Source: Acidobacteriota bacterium
Lineage (GTDB): Bacteria; Acidobacteriota; UBA6911; RPQK01; JAJDTT01
Direction of reading: 5' to 3'
DNA length: 64,000 nt
NCBI GenBank assembly: GCA_965263035.1
Contig: OZ253580.1
Coordinates: 3,872,001-3,936,000 of the forward strand
The notes below the pieces were generated by a model. It saw nothing but the letters and a program-made list of their open reading frames with translations. It searched no databases and had not been told where the DNA came from. Both the position numbers and the translations under genes were made by a program. Of this stretch, positions 40,964 through 51,460 are shown piece after piece. The first letter of the stretch is position 1. Each line of letters begins with the position of its first letter.

Positions 40964-40995
40964 GACCGGATCGCAATTCGGGACCGGGAGCCGCC

Positions 40996-41685
40996 TCAGC
41001 CGCCGGTTCGCCCGCCGCCGAGAGGCCGCCTGGGGAGACGGGGCACCGGCTTTTCGAAGTGAACGGCGTCCTGAAGCTGGATGGTCAGGGTGGAGCCCCG
41101 GGGCAGAACCACGTCCTCCCCCCGCTTGAAGAGCGCCATGAGCCCGCCGACGGCGGCGCCGATAGCGGCGCCCGCCGCGGCGCCGCGGCCCATTCTGCCC
41201 CGCATGGCGCCGGCGGTGACTCCGATGATGGTCCCGGTCACCGCTCCACCGGCAGCGCCTGCCAGGACCTCGCCTTTCGCGCCTCCCTGAGCCCGGATCG
41301 TGCCCTCCTCGCCGTCAAGATCCGTTGCGTAGCCTTCCGAGGAATGGACTCCGGCTCTCATGTAACGTGTGGTCCCGTCGGGGAGGATCACCGTATCGAA
41401 TTTCAGCGTCAGCTCCGCCTTGCCCTTGAGCCGTCCCGCCCGTTTGCTCTTGTCCACGTAGCCGATGATGTAGCTGCCCACGGGAATGACGATCCGGTCG
41501 TGGGCGGTGACGGGGACCTCGACCTGGCTGGAAAACTTGTCTCCGGAGCGAGCCGACTTGGTGTTCAAGCTCTGCTGGAGGCTGATGAAGATATCGGACT
41601 TTCCGGGAATGACGGTGTCGTCGATGCTCTGGCCGATGAGGGGAATCGTGCTCAGGAATCCGGCTGCGAGAAGGTGTTTGATCAT
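40996..41685 (-). CDS. Exported TrbI/VirB10-like beta protein with glycine zipper
   Basis: Signal peptide; GDKF, IPVGS..G, AGRLKGKAEL and LPRGS motifs; Gly/Ala-rich hairpin. Confidence 0.65.
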   Translation of the reverse strand: MIKHLLAAGFLSTIPLIGQSIDDTVIPGKSDIFISLQQSLNTKSARSGDKFSSQVEVPVTAHDRIVIPVGSYIIGYVDKSKRAGRLKGKAELTLKFDTVILPDGTTRYMRAGVHSSEGYATDLDGEEGTIRAQGGAKGEVLAGAAGGAVTGTIIGVTAGAMRGRMGRGAAAGAAIGAAVGGLMALFKRGEDVVLPRGSTLTIQLQDAVHFEKPVPRLPRRPLGGGRTGG

Positions 41686-41840
41686 GCGAGCATTTCCTCC
41701 GCCGGCTTGGGAGGGCCGGGACAACTGGACGGTTTCTCCGGACCCAAGCCGCATTGATCGAGTCTACAACAGATGTTCATCTACTTGGATTGAACTGGGA
41801 GATCAGGGGTTCAACCGGTTTTCGGAGGTCGGCACGGGAC

Positions 41841-43063
41841 TAGTACCCCGTAACACTTAAAGTTGTGGATACAGGCTCTTCAGCTTGATCCGTGCATCCT
41901 CCGTCTTGAACTGCCAGTCGATCTCGGTTTGCCGTTGGTTCCGATCCGCAACCCAAGCCCCGATCTCACGTTGCATCCCGGCCAGGCTTGGAATCCGGCG
42001 GTCCAGGCATTGTCCGCACAGCGCGCTCAATTCGATTTCTGCAATGTTGAGCCAACTGCCGTGCTTAGGCGTGTAGTGGATTTCCAGTCGTTGTGCCAGT
42101 TGGCGAGCGTGTCGAGGCTCGTAGGTCGCGTACAGCGATTCGATTCCGTGCGGGTTCAGGTTGTCCAAGACCAGGACCACCCGCTCGGCCTCCGGGTATC
42201 GCCTCTCCAACATGCCCTCGATCCACCGGGCCCAATCCTGTCGCGTGCGCCGCTCGGTCGCCTCCACATGGCAGCGGCCGGTCAGTGGCTCCACCTCCAG
42301 GAAGATCTGCGCGACCCCGTTGCGCACATACTCATGCTCGACTCGCTCCGGCTGGCCGGGCGCGACCGGCAAAGGCTCCCGCACTTCTCCGATCAACTGC
42401 TTGTTGGTCTCGTCCATGCAGACCACCGGACGACGGGGGTCGTACGGACGGGCATAGACTTCTAAAACGTCCTCCATGCAGGCTACGAATGCGGCGCTGC
42501 CCCGGGGCGGGATCCGCCAATACTTCTTCCGATGAGGCTGCAGTTGGTTTTTTTTAGCGTCCGCTGCACCGTCATCACCGACACCCGCTCGACCCAGCCC
42601 AGTTCCACTACTTTCTCCGCCAGCAGGCGCAGGGTCCAGCGCTTCCGTCCTGGCGGGGCCGGGGAGCAGGCCAAGGCGACCAGGCGAGCCTCGAACGCGC
42701 CGTCGAAGATCACTTTCCGCGGCGGCCGCACCCGCCGCTTGCGCTCCAAGGCGAACTCCAAACCCTGCTCCACAAACCGCCGTTTCAAGTGCTCGATCGT
42801 GCGGGCCGAGACGCCCAGCGCCTCGGCCACCCGGGCCACGGTCCATCCCGGCCCTTCCGGCCCGCGGTCGCACAACAACAGAGCCCGCGCGTACAGGAAC
42901 CGCTTGCCGGTGGTCTTGGTCGCGGCCCGGGTCAAGGCCTTCAATTCTGAGCGCTCTTCCACAGTGAGCGTGACACGATAGCGTGGTGCCATGAGAACTC
43001 CTCCTTCCGAGTCCTCCAGCCTCCCACCATAGTATACGAACAATTACATGTTATTGGGTACTA
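41841..43063 (-). mobile_element. IS630-family element, copy 2 (inverted relative to copy 1)
   Basis: Nearly identical to 28244-29466 (EAG vs EAT difference); CTAG at both ends. Confidence 0.92.
41857..42991 (-). CDS. IS630 transposase (programmed frameshift)
   Basis: Same two ORFs as copy 1. Confidence 0.9.
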
Positions 43064-43227
43064 GGAGTCTGCGCGGTAGAAATGATCGTAGCGAGAAAGT
43101 GGGGAATCGAGGCCAGATTTTCTCGATTTTGAGGTGCATAGTTGTGCTATTCGCCGAGAAATCGGGGAAATCTGGACCGATTTTACCGCTTTCGCAGTAG
43201 ATCAATTTCTGCGGCGCAGGCTCCTAG
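43061..43227. mobile_element. 167-bp palindromic MITE-like element, copy 2
   Basis: CTAG at both ends; reverse complement of 29464-29630 with few differences. Confidence 0.82.
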
Positions 43228-43338
43228 TGCGCCAATCGACCTGACCCGCATCCCGGCGTGGAATCTGCGGATGTTGTCTCCAACCCGGACCGGTATCTCG
43301 TTACGGGGCTCTGGACGCTCGCCGACTCGAAAGTAGGC

Positions 43339-43770
43339 CTATAAATCCGCGGCCATAGTAGATTTGGCATCCGACCGGCGCTCCAAGTAGCTCAACGCGG
43401 CGCGTAGGAGCAGTCCTGATCGCGTCTCCCCTTCACGGGCCGCAGCTTGATCCACGATTGCCAGAACGCGCGCCGGCACCGTGATGTTGACCCTCTTGGC
43501 CTTGCTCGACAGCTTGGATATATCGATGGCCACCACAGCCCAAATTCCGTCCTCATAGTCTTTGTTGGCTCGATGAGCTTCGAACGGTGTCTTCGCGGGA
43601 ATCGGTTCATCATCCAGCAGCAGTCCTTCGAGATGGCAAGCGATGGCCTCGCGAGCGGACTCGATGGCCTCCTCGAAAGTGTCTCCGGCAGAGAAGCAAC
43701 CCGGCAGATCCGGAACGCTCACTCCGTAGGCGCTCTCTTCGTCTTTGTGAATTACGATTGGAAACAGCAT
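43339..43770 (-). CDS. hicB: HicB antitoxin (RHH type)
   Basis: YGVSVPDLPGCFSAGDT, RVNITVP and TRSG motifs. Confidence 0.92.
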   Translation of the reverse strand: MLFPIVIHKDEESAYGVSVPDLPGCFSAGDTFEEAIESAREAIACHLEGLLLDDEPIPAKTPFEAHRANKDYEDGIWAVVAIDISKLSSKAKRVNITVPARVLAIVDQAAAREGETRSGLLLRAALSYLERRSDAKSTMAADL

Positions 43771-43964
43771 CAGCGTTCTCTCCATTTCCATTGAGCTTGT
43801 GGAAAAATGTTGCATAACGTGCCATTTGGAATGTGCTTGCTCGGATGCTTTACGGTGACACGTCCCGACTCTTCGGCGTGGGTAAACTGGTGGTGGCTCC
43901 CCCGGGTGTTCCGCAGCACCCAGCCATCCTGTTTCAACTTCCGAATGATATCCGCACTTTTCAC
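43770..43964 (-). CDS. hicA: HicA toxin (mRNA interferase)
   Basis: GTG start; LKQDGW...GSHHQF...GRVTV.HP...GTL; TGATG coupling to hicB. Confidence 0.9.
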   Translation of the reverse strand: MKSADIIRKLKQDGWVLRNTRGSHHQFTHAEESGRVTVKHPSKHIPNGTLCNIFPQAQWKWRER

Positions 43965-43983
43965 AATGTGTATAGTACACATT
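43965..43983 (-). promoter_or_regulatory. Palindromic operator overlapping a putative -10 box (TACTAT) of hicAB
   Basis: AATGTGTA-TAG-TACACATT inverted repeat immediately upstream of the hicA GTG. Confidence 0.65.
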
Positions 43984-44251
43984 TTCGGGTCCGTGCCAAC
44001 TGTACACACCAACACTGCTGTTCCCGATGTCGGATCAGCCTCAACCGCGCCTGCTTTCTCGTGAGAGGAGACGGTGAGCACAGACGGTTCAGGTGGGAGT
44101 AGGCTACCGAGTGGCAAGTAGAAAAGACCGTCGGTCTCTGCCGAAGTGTCGTTAGGAATGGATGGGATTATGAATCTCGGTTGGCGGAATCCGAATCGGA
44201 TTTCCGGATTTCCTGTTCACCCGGAAGGCCCGTCTTGAGCCTCAACCAATC

Positions 44252-44644
44252 TCACGATCCGGAAGGCTCGCCCCCATCCTCATCGCCGGACCCGAGGATC
44301 TCGTGGACGGCGGCGATTCCTTCCCAGGCCGCCGGGAATCCGGCGTAGGGCGCGATGTGGAGCAGAGTCTCCACGATCTCCTTCCGGGTGGCGCCGTTGC
44401 GGCGGGCCATACGGATGTTCAGCTCCAGGCCGCGCTGCCGCCCCAGGGCCGCCAGGGCCGCGATGGTGCAGAGGCTCTTGGTCCTGCGGTCGAGACCGGG
44501 CCGGGCCCAGACTTCTCCCGAGAGGAAGCCGATGACGTAAGCCTCGAAATCGGGTGAGATCTCCTGCCATGCCCGTTGCACCTGGCCGGCCTGATCCTCT
44601 CCCAACATCTCTTTGAGAATCCGGAGTCCTCGTTCCCTGTTCAT
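44252..44644 (-). CDS. Carboxymuconolactone decarboxylase family protein
   Basis: GEVWARPGLDRRTKSL and YAGFPAA motifs. Confidence 0.88.
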   Translation of the reverse strand: MNRERGLRILKEMLGEDQAGQVQRAWQEISPDFEAYVIGFLSGEVWARPGLDRRTKSLCTIAALAALGRQRGLELNIRMARRNGATRKEIVETLLHIAPYAGFPAAWEGIAAVHEILGSGDEDGGEPSGS

Positions 44645-44654
44645 GTGCGCTCCT

Positions 44655-45431
44655 TCATAGATTCAGGCCGCCGCAGACGTGAATGGCCTGGCCGGTGACG
44701 CTTCTGGAGGCGTCCGACGCCAGGAACAGGACCATGTCGGCGATATCCTCAGGCGGGATCATGCGCCTCAGGGCGATGTTGTCCGTGAACTCCGCCCTCA
44801 GTTCGGCGCCGGGCAGACCCGTGGCCACGTGCCGGTCCCGAAGGACCCGTTCGATCCTGTCTCCTTCCACGGGTCCGGGACAGATGGCGTTGGACCGGAC
44901 GTTGTAGGGTCCCAACTCGGCCGCAAGGGTCCGGCTCAGTCCGAGGACCGCCCACTTGGAGGCGGCGTAGGGCGCCCTCAGAGGAAAACCGATGCGTCCT
45001 GCCATGGAGGAGATGTGCACGATGGATCCGAACCGCCGGGCCATCATGTGGCGGTAGACGGCCTTGTCGCAGAGGAACGACCCTGTCAGGTTGACCGCGA
45101 ACACGTCTTCCCATTCTTCCAGGCTGACTTCCGAAATGGGCGCCGTGGGACCGGCGATTCCCGCGTTGTTCACCAGGACGTCGATGCGACCCCACCGCAC
45201 CAGGATCGTCTCCACCGCCGACTCGATCTCTCGTGGCTTCGTCAGGTCCAGGTCGATGGCCAGAGCCTCTCCTCCCTGGTCTTCGATTTCACGGGTGGTT
45301 TCGCGGACCCCGTCTATGCCAGTGACGGCGACCCGGTAGCCGCGATCCGACAAGGCGAGGCTGATCTTCCTGCCCAGGCCCACGCCGCCGCCGGTCACCA
45401 TGGCCGTGGGTTTCGAGTCGGCGTTGCTCAT
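44655..45431 (-). CDS. SDR family oxidoreductase
   Basis: TGGGVGLG, NNAGI and YAASK motifs. Confidence 0.88.
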   Translation of the reverse strand: MSNADSKPTAMVTGGGVGLGRKISLALSDRGYRVAVTGIDGVRETTREIEDQGGEALAIDLDLTKPREIESAVETILVRWGRIDVLVNNAGIAGPTAPISEVSLEEWEDVFAVNLTGSFLCDKAVYRHMMARRFGSIVHISSMAGRIGFPLRAPYAASKWAVLGLSRTLAAELGPYNVRSNAICPGPVEGDRIERVLRDRHVATGLPGAELRAEFTDNIALRRMIPPEDIADMVLFLASDASRSVTGQAIHVCGGLNL

Positions 45432-46309
45432 CAGTCGATGATCTTGTTGAGAGGGTATTCCACGATCCCCACCGCCCCGGCCGTCCGAACCCGGGGAACG
45501 ATGTCCCGCACCACCGCTTCGTCGATGATGGTGTTGATGGCGGTCCAACCATCATCGGACAGAGACGAGAGGGTGGGTTTCTGGAGCGCCGGCAGGATAT
45601 TCAGGACCGCTTCGAGACAATCCAGGGGAACGTTCATCATCATTCCCACCTTCCCCTCGGCGGCCATGGCTCCTCGAAGCATCAGCACGATGTTCTCGAT
45701 CTTCTGCCGCTTCCAGGGGTCTTCCCAGGCGGCCTGGTTGGCGATGAACCGCGGGGTGCTCACCAGGATCGTATCGACCACCCTGAGGTTGTTGGCGCGC
45801 AAGGAGGAACCGGTCTCCGTCACCTCCACGATGGCGTCGGCGAGCCGGGGAGGCTTCACCTCGGTGGCGCCCCAGGAGAACTCCACGTGCGCTTCCACGT
45901 TGTGGCGTTTCAGGTAGTCCCGGGTCAGATTGACTCCCTCGGTTGCGATGTGCTTTCCGGCCAGGTCGGCCGGTTCGCGAATGGGCGAATCCTCGGGTAC
46001 GGCCAAGACCCACCGCACCGGTTTCCGGCTCACCTTGGAGAAGACCAGCTCGGCGACTTCGACCACCTGGGCCCCGTTCTCCACGATCCAATCGTGTCCG
46101 GTCAGGCCGGCGTCCATGACTCCGTCCTGGACGTAGCGGGCCATCTCCTGGGCCCGGATCAGGATGCACTCGATCTCCGCGTCGTCGATGGACGGATAGT
46201 AGGACCGGGAGCGGAAACGGATCTGGTATCCGGCCTTGGCAAAGAGTTGGGCCGTCGCCTCCTGGAGACTGCCCGCGGGAATTCCCAACGTCAAGATTCG
46301 TTCGCTCAT
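45431..46309 (-). CDS. hisG: ATP phosphoribosyltransferase (long form)
   Basis: [28 protein letters not shown]; C-terminal regulatory domain. Confidence 0.95.
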   Translation of the reverse strand: MSERILTLGIPAGSLQEATAQLFAKAGYQIRFRSRSYYPSIDDAEIECILIRAQEMARYVQDGVMDAGLTGHDWIVENGAQVVEVAELVFSKVSRKPVRWVLAVPEDSPIREPADLAGKHIATEGVNLTRDYLKRHNVEAHVEFSWGATEVKPPRLADAIVEVTETGSSLRANNLRVVDTILVSTPRFIANQAAWEDPWKRQKIENIVLMLRGAMAAEGKVGMMMNVPLDCLEAVLNILPALQKPTLSSLSDDGWTAINTIIDEAVVRDIVPRVRTAGAVGIVEYPLNKIID

Positions 46310-46704
46310 TTGGATTTCCCGCTCCCGTAGACCTTGGATGGGTCGAAAACCGGCTCCGCCGAGACGGCCAGTGTCCCGTCTTCCACCTTCCGAAAAAAGC
46401 AACTCCTGTAGCCCTTGTGGCAGGCGGCGCCTCCCACCTGAGTGATCCGGAACAGAAGAGTGTCGGCGTCGCAGTCCACGTGAACCGATCGGATCTGCTG
46501 CACGTGTCCGCTCTCTTCTCCCTTGCGCCAGAGACGGTTGCGGCTCCGGGAGTAGTAGCAGACCCGGCCGGTGCGGAGCGACTCCGCCAGCGCCTCCGGA
46601 TTCATGTACGCCAGCATGAGGACGTCGCCCGTCTCGTCATCCTGAGCGATGACGGGGACGAGCCCTCCTTGCTTGTCGAAGTCGATCTGGTCCTGAATTG
46701 ACAC
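46306..46704 (-). CDS. hisI: Phosphoribosyl-AMP cyclohydrolase
   Basis: [20 protein letters not shown] and [10 protein letters not shown] motifs; exact start uncertain (46704 or 46710). Confidence 0.93.
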   Translation of the reverse strand: MSIQDQIDFDKQGGLVPVIAQDDETGDVLMLAYMNPEALAESLRTGRVCYYSRSRNRLWRKGEESGHVQQIRSVHVDCDADTLLFRITQVGGAACHKGYRSCFFRKVEDGTLAVSAEPVFDPSKVYGSGKSK

Positions 46705-46706
46705 GC

Positions 46707-47747
46707 TCAACCTTCCTTTCCCACGGTGTCGAACATGGGTGCCAAGTCCCGGTGGTGATAGAAAAGCGCCGGCGTTCCGCCGGTGTGCACGAAGACGAGG
46801 TTGTGGCCCTTTAGCCAGCGGGCCCGCCGGACGTCCGCCAGGAGAGCCCCCATGGCTTTGCCCGTATAGACGGGATCCAGAATGATCCCCTCCCGCCGGG
46901 CCAACAGGGAAATGGCCTCCAGGCTTTCGGGGGTGGCGATGCCGTATCCGGCGCCGATGTAGTCGGGGCTCGCCTGAATGTCCTCCAGCGTCACGGCCGG
47001 CTCGAGTCCCAGCATTTCGGCCGCGCCGTTGGCCAGTCTCGCCATGTAGGAAGCGGTGTCGAAAGGCCACTCGATGGGCATGATCGCCTCCAGGGCCGCC
47101 TCCCATCCCAGCAGCTTCCGGCCCAGGAACATCCCCGCGCCGGTGGAGCCGCCGGAGGAGAAGTAGACGGCATCGGCTCTAACGCCCTGCTCGTCCAATT
47201 GTTCCCGAATCTCCAACAATGCCAGGGTGTAGCTCACCGCGGCCGCGGCCCGCGACGCCGGGTCGGCGATGGTGAAGACGTTTCGTCCTTCGCTCCTGAG
47301 GCTGTCGGCCTTCTCCTCGATCTTGTTCCAGAGGGGCGGCCCCATGGGTTCCGAGTTGAGTTCGATCCGGGCCCCGACCAGGTGATCCAGGAGGAAGTTT
47401 CCCTGGAATTCCATCTCGGCGTGATCCGTGGTCAGGACCAGGTGGCAATCCAGTCCCAGTTTGGCCGCGGCAGCGGCGGTCTGACGGCAGTTGTTGGACT
47501 GGATTCCGGCTCCCCAGACCAGGGTATCGGCGCCTTCCTCCAGGGCCCTCCCCAGGATGAACTCGTTGTGCCTGGCCTTGTTTCCGCCGAAGGCCAGCCC
47601 GGTGCAGTCGTCCCGCTTGATGAAGATCCGGGGACCACCCAGCGCCGAGCTCAGCCGGGGAAGCTCTTCGAGGGGCGTGGGCAGATGGGCCAGGGGGACC
47701 CGGGGAAGACGGTCGATCCTTGCTTGAAGTTCCTGGGGGCTGATCAT
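46707..47747 (-). CDS. D-cysteine desulfhydrase / ACC deaminase family PLP enzyme
   Basis: [26 protein letters not shown] and HTGG motifs. Confidence 0.88.
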   Translation of the reverse strand: MISPQELQARIDRLPRVPLAHLPTPLEELPRLSSALGGPRIFIKRDDCTGLAFGGNKARHNEFILGRALEEGADTLVWGAGIQSNNCRQTAAAAAKLGLDCHLVLTTDHAEMEFQGNFLLDHLVGARIELNSEPMGPPLWNKIEEKADSLRSEGRNVFTIADPASRAAAAVSYTLALLEIREQLDEQGVRADAVYFSSGGSTGAGMFLGRKLLGWEAALEAIMPIEWPFDTASYMARLANGAAEMLGLEPAVTLEDIQASPDYIGAGYGIATPESLEAISLLARREGIILDPVYTGKAMGALLADVRRARWLKGHNLVFVHTGGTPALFYHHRDLAPMFDTVGKEG

Positions 47748-47900
47748 CTCTTGGTCTTTGGATTGGAGTTTACAAGCTTCGATCAAACGATTGGTGGGGC
47801 GGGCAACGGAGCCCGCCACCGGACGCCAGTTTACCAGCCTCCGGTGAAACTCCGGCGCCGCATCGTCCGAATGCCCCGCGGCGGGCGCACGTCCGGACCG

Positions 47901-49490
47901 CTATTCGATTGCGGCCTCCTTGGCGTGGGTGTACAGCAACTTGCCCTTTTCGTCGTAGAAGGTGAAATCCATGCGAGCCTGCCCCTCGCCGGTCCGGTCG
48001 ATCTTCATGAGCAGGAAACCACCGGTGGGTTCCTCGTAGTGGTAGGGCTGTTTCACTTTTCCCTCGGGATCCGAGGATTTGGGATCGCCCGGAAAGTACC
48101 CGATGATCGCGTTGGCGTCGATCATCGAGCCGACGGAGAATTCCTGGAAGCCGGAGGGGTGGACCGCATGATACTGCCAGTGGCGATCCCCGCAGATGAT
48201 GACGAAGCGTTCGGGAGAGAACTGGTTGTCCGTCAACCAGCGGAAGAAATCGTTGCCTTCATATCGGAATCCACCTGGGTTGATGTGGTTGTCCCGCTTC
48301 GAGCCACTGCCGGGTCCCACCATGGCTGTCGCGGAGAGAAGGACCTTGAAGGTGGCGTCGCTCTCCAGCAGGGTTCGCTTGAGCCAATCCCTCTGTTCCT
48401 TCCCCCAGATCGACTTCCGGGGACCGTCGGGAAAATCGTTGGGGCTGCGGTAGTCACGTCCCTCCACGATCCAGATCTGGAGGTCCCGGTTCACTCTCCG
48501 CGTGGAGTAGGTCACCGTATCGGATGCTCGTGGATCGACGACCGGATACTGTTCCCGGAACATCCGGACCCCCAGTTCGTGGGAAGGAGCGGAGCCGGAA
48601 CCGGAGTGCTTCGAGTAGAGGTTCTCCTTGGGGTAGGCTCCGATCCTGTCCTGGGCATAGACGCGGGCCGGATTGACCGGATCGGAGTCGTTGAACCGGT
48701 AGTCGTGATCGTCTTTCAACCAGTAGGTGGCCACTCGGGCGAACAGATCCAGGAACCTTTGCTGCGAGTACTGCTCCTGGTGCTTCATCCGCAATTGGTG
48801 CTGGGTCTCCGCCCGTCCTCTCATCTGGTGGGCGCTTCCGGGGCCGTCGTAGTAGACGTTGTCTCCCAGACCCACGAAGTAATCGGGCTCCAAGGCCAGA
48901 ATGGAAGCCAGCGCCGGATAGCCCAGCGCCTTGTCCGGTCCGCTGTAGGGCGGTTGGGAGCCCCCCCCGGTGTAGTGGAATTTGCTGTAGTGCATGCAGG
49001 TGGCGAGGGCGAAGCTGTAGGAGACCTGCCCGGTTTCCCCGCCCAGGGTGGTGAATGCCGCCGCCGCCGATTTCTTGAACCGTGACTTGTCCGGTCCATA
49101 GACCAGGCGAAAGTGGTAGCGGGTCTCCGGCCGCAGCCCTTCCACCTTGACCTTCACGATGTAGTCGTTCTCCGGGAGGGCAGCGAGCCATTCAGTCCGG
49201 ATCGAGTTCTTGAAATCAGCCCCGGCCGCCACCTCGAAGCGGGCGATTCCCCCGATGCCCAGGACTCCCGACCAGCGGGGGTCGACGAGGCGATCCGTCG
49301 AGGTGAGACGGGACTGGAGTATCGCCGACGTGTCATCCACGGCTCCCGCCATCAGGCCGTGACCCAGCTCCATGGGAAAGGGATCCGCGGACTGGGAAAA
49401 GCCCGGGGTTCCCAGAGCCAGAAACAGGACCGGCGCGGGGATCCGGGACAGGCGGCCGATCCTTTCTCTAAGTTCCTGGAGACTGATCAT
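47901..49490 (-). CDS. Alkaline phosphatase D (PhoD) family protein, copy 1
   Basis: GDNVYYD, DDHD, GRDYRS and GDRHWQY motifs. Confidence 0.88.
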   Translation of the reverse strand: MISLQELRERIGRLSRIPAPVLFLALGTPGFSQSADPFPMELGHGLMAGAVDDTSAILQSRLTSTDRLVDPRWSGVLGIGGIARFEVAAGADFKNSIRTEWLAALPENDYIVKVKVEGLRPETRYHFRLVYGPDKSRFKKSAAAAFTTLGGETGQVSYSFALATCMHYSKFHYTGGGSQPPYSGPDKALGYPALASILALEPDYFVGLGDNVYYDGPGSAHQMRGRAETQHQLRMKHQEQYSQQRFLDLFARVATYWLKDDHDYRFNDSDPVNPARVYAQDRIGAYPKENLYSKHSGSGSAPSHELGVRMFREQYPVVDPRASDTVTYSTRRVNRDLQIWIVEGRDYRSPNDFPDGPRKSIWGKEQRDWLKRTLLESDATFKVLLSATAMVGPGSGSKRDNHINPGGFRYEGNDFFRWLTDNQFSPERFVIICGDRHWQYHAVHPSGFQEFSVGSMIDANAIIGYFPGDPKSSDPEGKVKQPYHYEEPTGGFLLMKIDRTGEGQARMDFTFYDEKGKLLYTHAKEAAIE

Positions 49491-49516
49491 TTTGGGAGTT
49501 GCCGGATTGGGGTCTG

Positions 49517-51104
49517 CTATTCGAGAGCGGCCTCCTTGGCATGGGTGTAAAGCACCTTGCCCTTCTCGTCGAAGAAGGCAAAATCCATTCGAGCCCGCCC
49601 CTCGCCGGTCTGGCCGATCTTCAGGAGCAGGAAACCGCCGGTGGGTTCTTGGTAGTGGTAGAGATGTTTCACTTTTCCCTCGGGATCCGATGAAGTGGCG
49701 TCGCCCGGAAAGTGCCCCAGAATCGCGTTGGCATCCACCAGCGCGCCGACGGAGAACTCCTGGAATCCGGACGGGTGGACGGCATGATACTGCCAGTGCC
49801 GGTCCCCGCAGACGATCATGAACCGGTCCGGAGAGAATTCTTTGGCCGTCAGCCAGCGGAAGAACTCGTCTCCTTCATGTTGGAATCCCCCCGGGTTGAC
49901 GTGGTTGTCGCGCTTGAAGGCGTAGTCGGGTCCCACCAGCGGGGTCGGGGAAAGGAGGACTTTGAAGGTGGCGTCGCTCTCCAGCAGGGTTCGTTTGAGC
50001 CACCCCTTCTGCTCCTTCCCCCAGATCGTCTTCCGGGGTCCGTCGGGAAAGTCGTTGGGGCTGCGGTAGTCGCGTCCCTCCACGATCCAGATCTGCAGAT
50101 TCCGGTTTCACTCTTCGCGTGGAGTAGGTCACCGTGTCTGAGGCCCGTGGATCGACGACGGGAAACTGTTCTCGGAACATCCGCACCCCCAGTTCATGGG
50201 AGGGAGCATGGCCGGAACCGGAGTGCTTCGGGTAGAGGTTCTCCTTGGGATAGGTTCCGGTATCCGACCCGTCATAGATTTGGATGCGGACCGGATTGAA
50301 CGGATCGGAGTCGTTGAACCGGTAGTCGTGATCGTCCTTCATCCAGTAGGTTCCCACTCGGGCGAACAGGTCCAGGAACCTCTGCTGCGAGAACTGCTCC
50401 TGGTGCTTCATCCGCAGTTGGTGCTGCGTCTCCGCCCGTCCTCTCATATCTTGGTCGGCTCCCGGGACGTCGTAATAGACGTTGTCTCCCAAACCCACGA
50501 AGAAGTCGGGCTCCAAGGCCAGGATGGATGCCAGCCCCGGGTAGCCGAGCTCCTTGTCCGGTCCACTGTAGGGTGGTTGGGAACCGTGCCCCGAGTAGTG
50601 GAAGAAGCTGTAGTTCATGCAGGTGGCGACCGCAAAGCTGTAGGAGACCTGACCCGTGCGTCCGCCCAAGGTGGTGAAAGAGGCCGACGGGGATTTCTTG
50701 AACCGTGACTTGTCCGGTCCGTAGACCAGGCGAAAGTGGTAGCGGGTCTCCGGCCGCAGCCCTTCCACCTTGATCTTCACGATGTAGTCGTTCTCCGGAA
50801 GGGCGGCCAGCCATGCGGTCCGGATCGAGTTCTTGAAATCGGCCCCGGCCGCCACCTCGAAGCGGGCAATGCCCCCGATTCCCAGGACGCCCGACCAGCG
50901 GGGGTCGACGAGGCGCTCGGTCGAGGTGAGGCGGGACTGGAGAATCGCCGTCGTGTCATCCACGGCGCCCACCATCAGGCCATGGCCCAGCTCCATGGGA
51001 AAGGGGTCCCCGGACTGGGCAAAGCTCCAGTTCCCCAGCGTCAGGAACAGAGCCACTGCGGAGATTCGGACCCAACCGGTCTGGCGGGTGATTCTGGTGG
51101 TCAT
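49517..51104 (-). pseudogene. PhoD family protein, copy 2, +1 frameshift near 50106
   Basis: GTGAAACCGGAATCTG versus GTGAACCGGGACCTC in copy 1 (one extra A); both halves otherwise intact. Confidence 0.8.
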
Positions 51105-51460
51105 GACCTCCTCCAAGTCCCGGCATCATAACCGATTTGGGGTGTCTGGGAGGGGCGACTTTCTTGTCGCCCACTGGATCGGGTCGGGCGCAGGGGATTG
51201 CGCCCCTGCACCCTCCCACACCACCGGACGTACCGTTTTCAGTATCCGGCGGTTGGAGTCACCCGAGGCTCTTTCGAGCCTCGTACAGGGCCTTTCTTTC
51301 CGGTTTCCGCCGCCGCTGAGACTTGATCTCCGCCCTTCCGGCTTGCCGGGCTCCACCCGTGGGCCTTCCATGCCGGGTCCGAGGGGCCTCCCCCCGCCCC
51401 GTTTTCGGAGGTATTTGCGATCCCGCTGACGAGTCCACCATAGGGCCCGTCCGACTCCTT

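Noticed and set aside
43339-44007. 222-aa extended HicB ORF overlapping hicA
   Set aside because: HicB homology begins at ATG 43770, coupled to the hicA stop; the upstream open frame is probably incidental.
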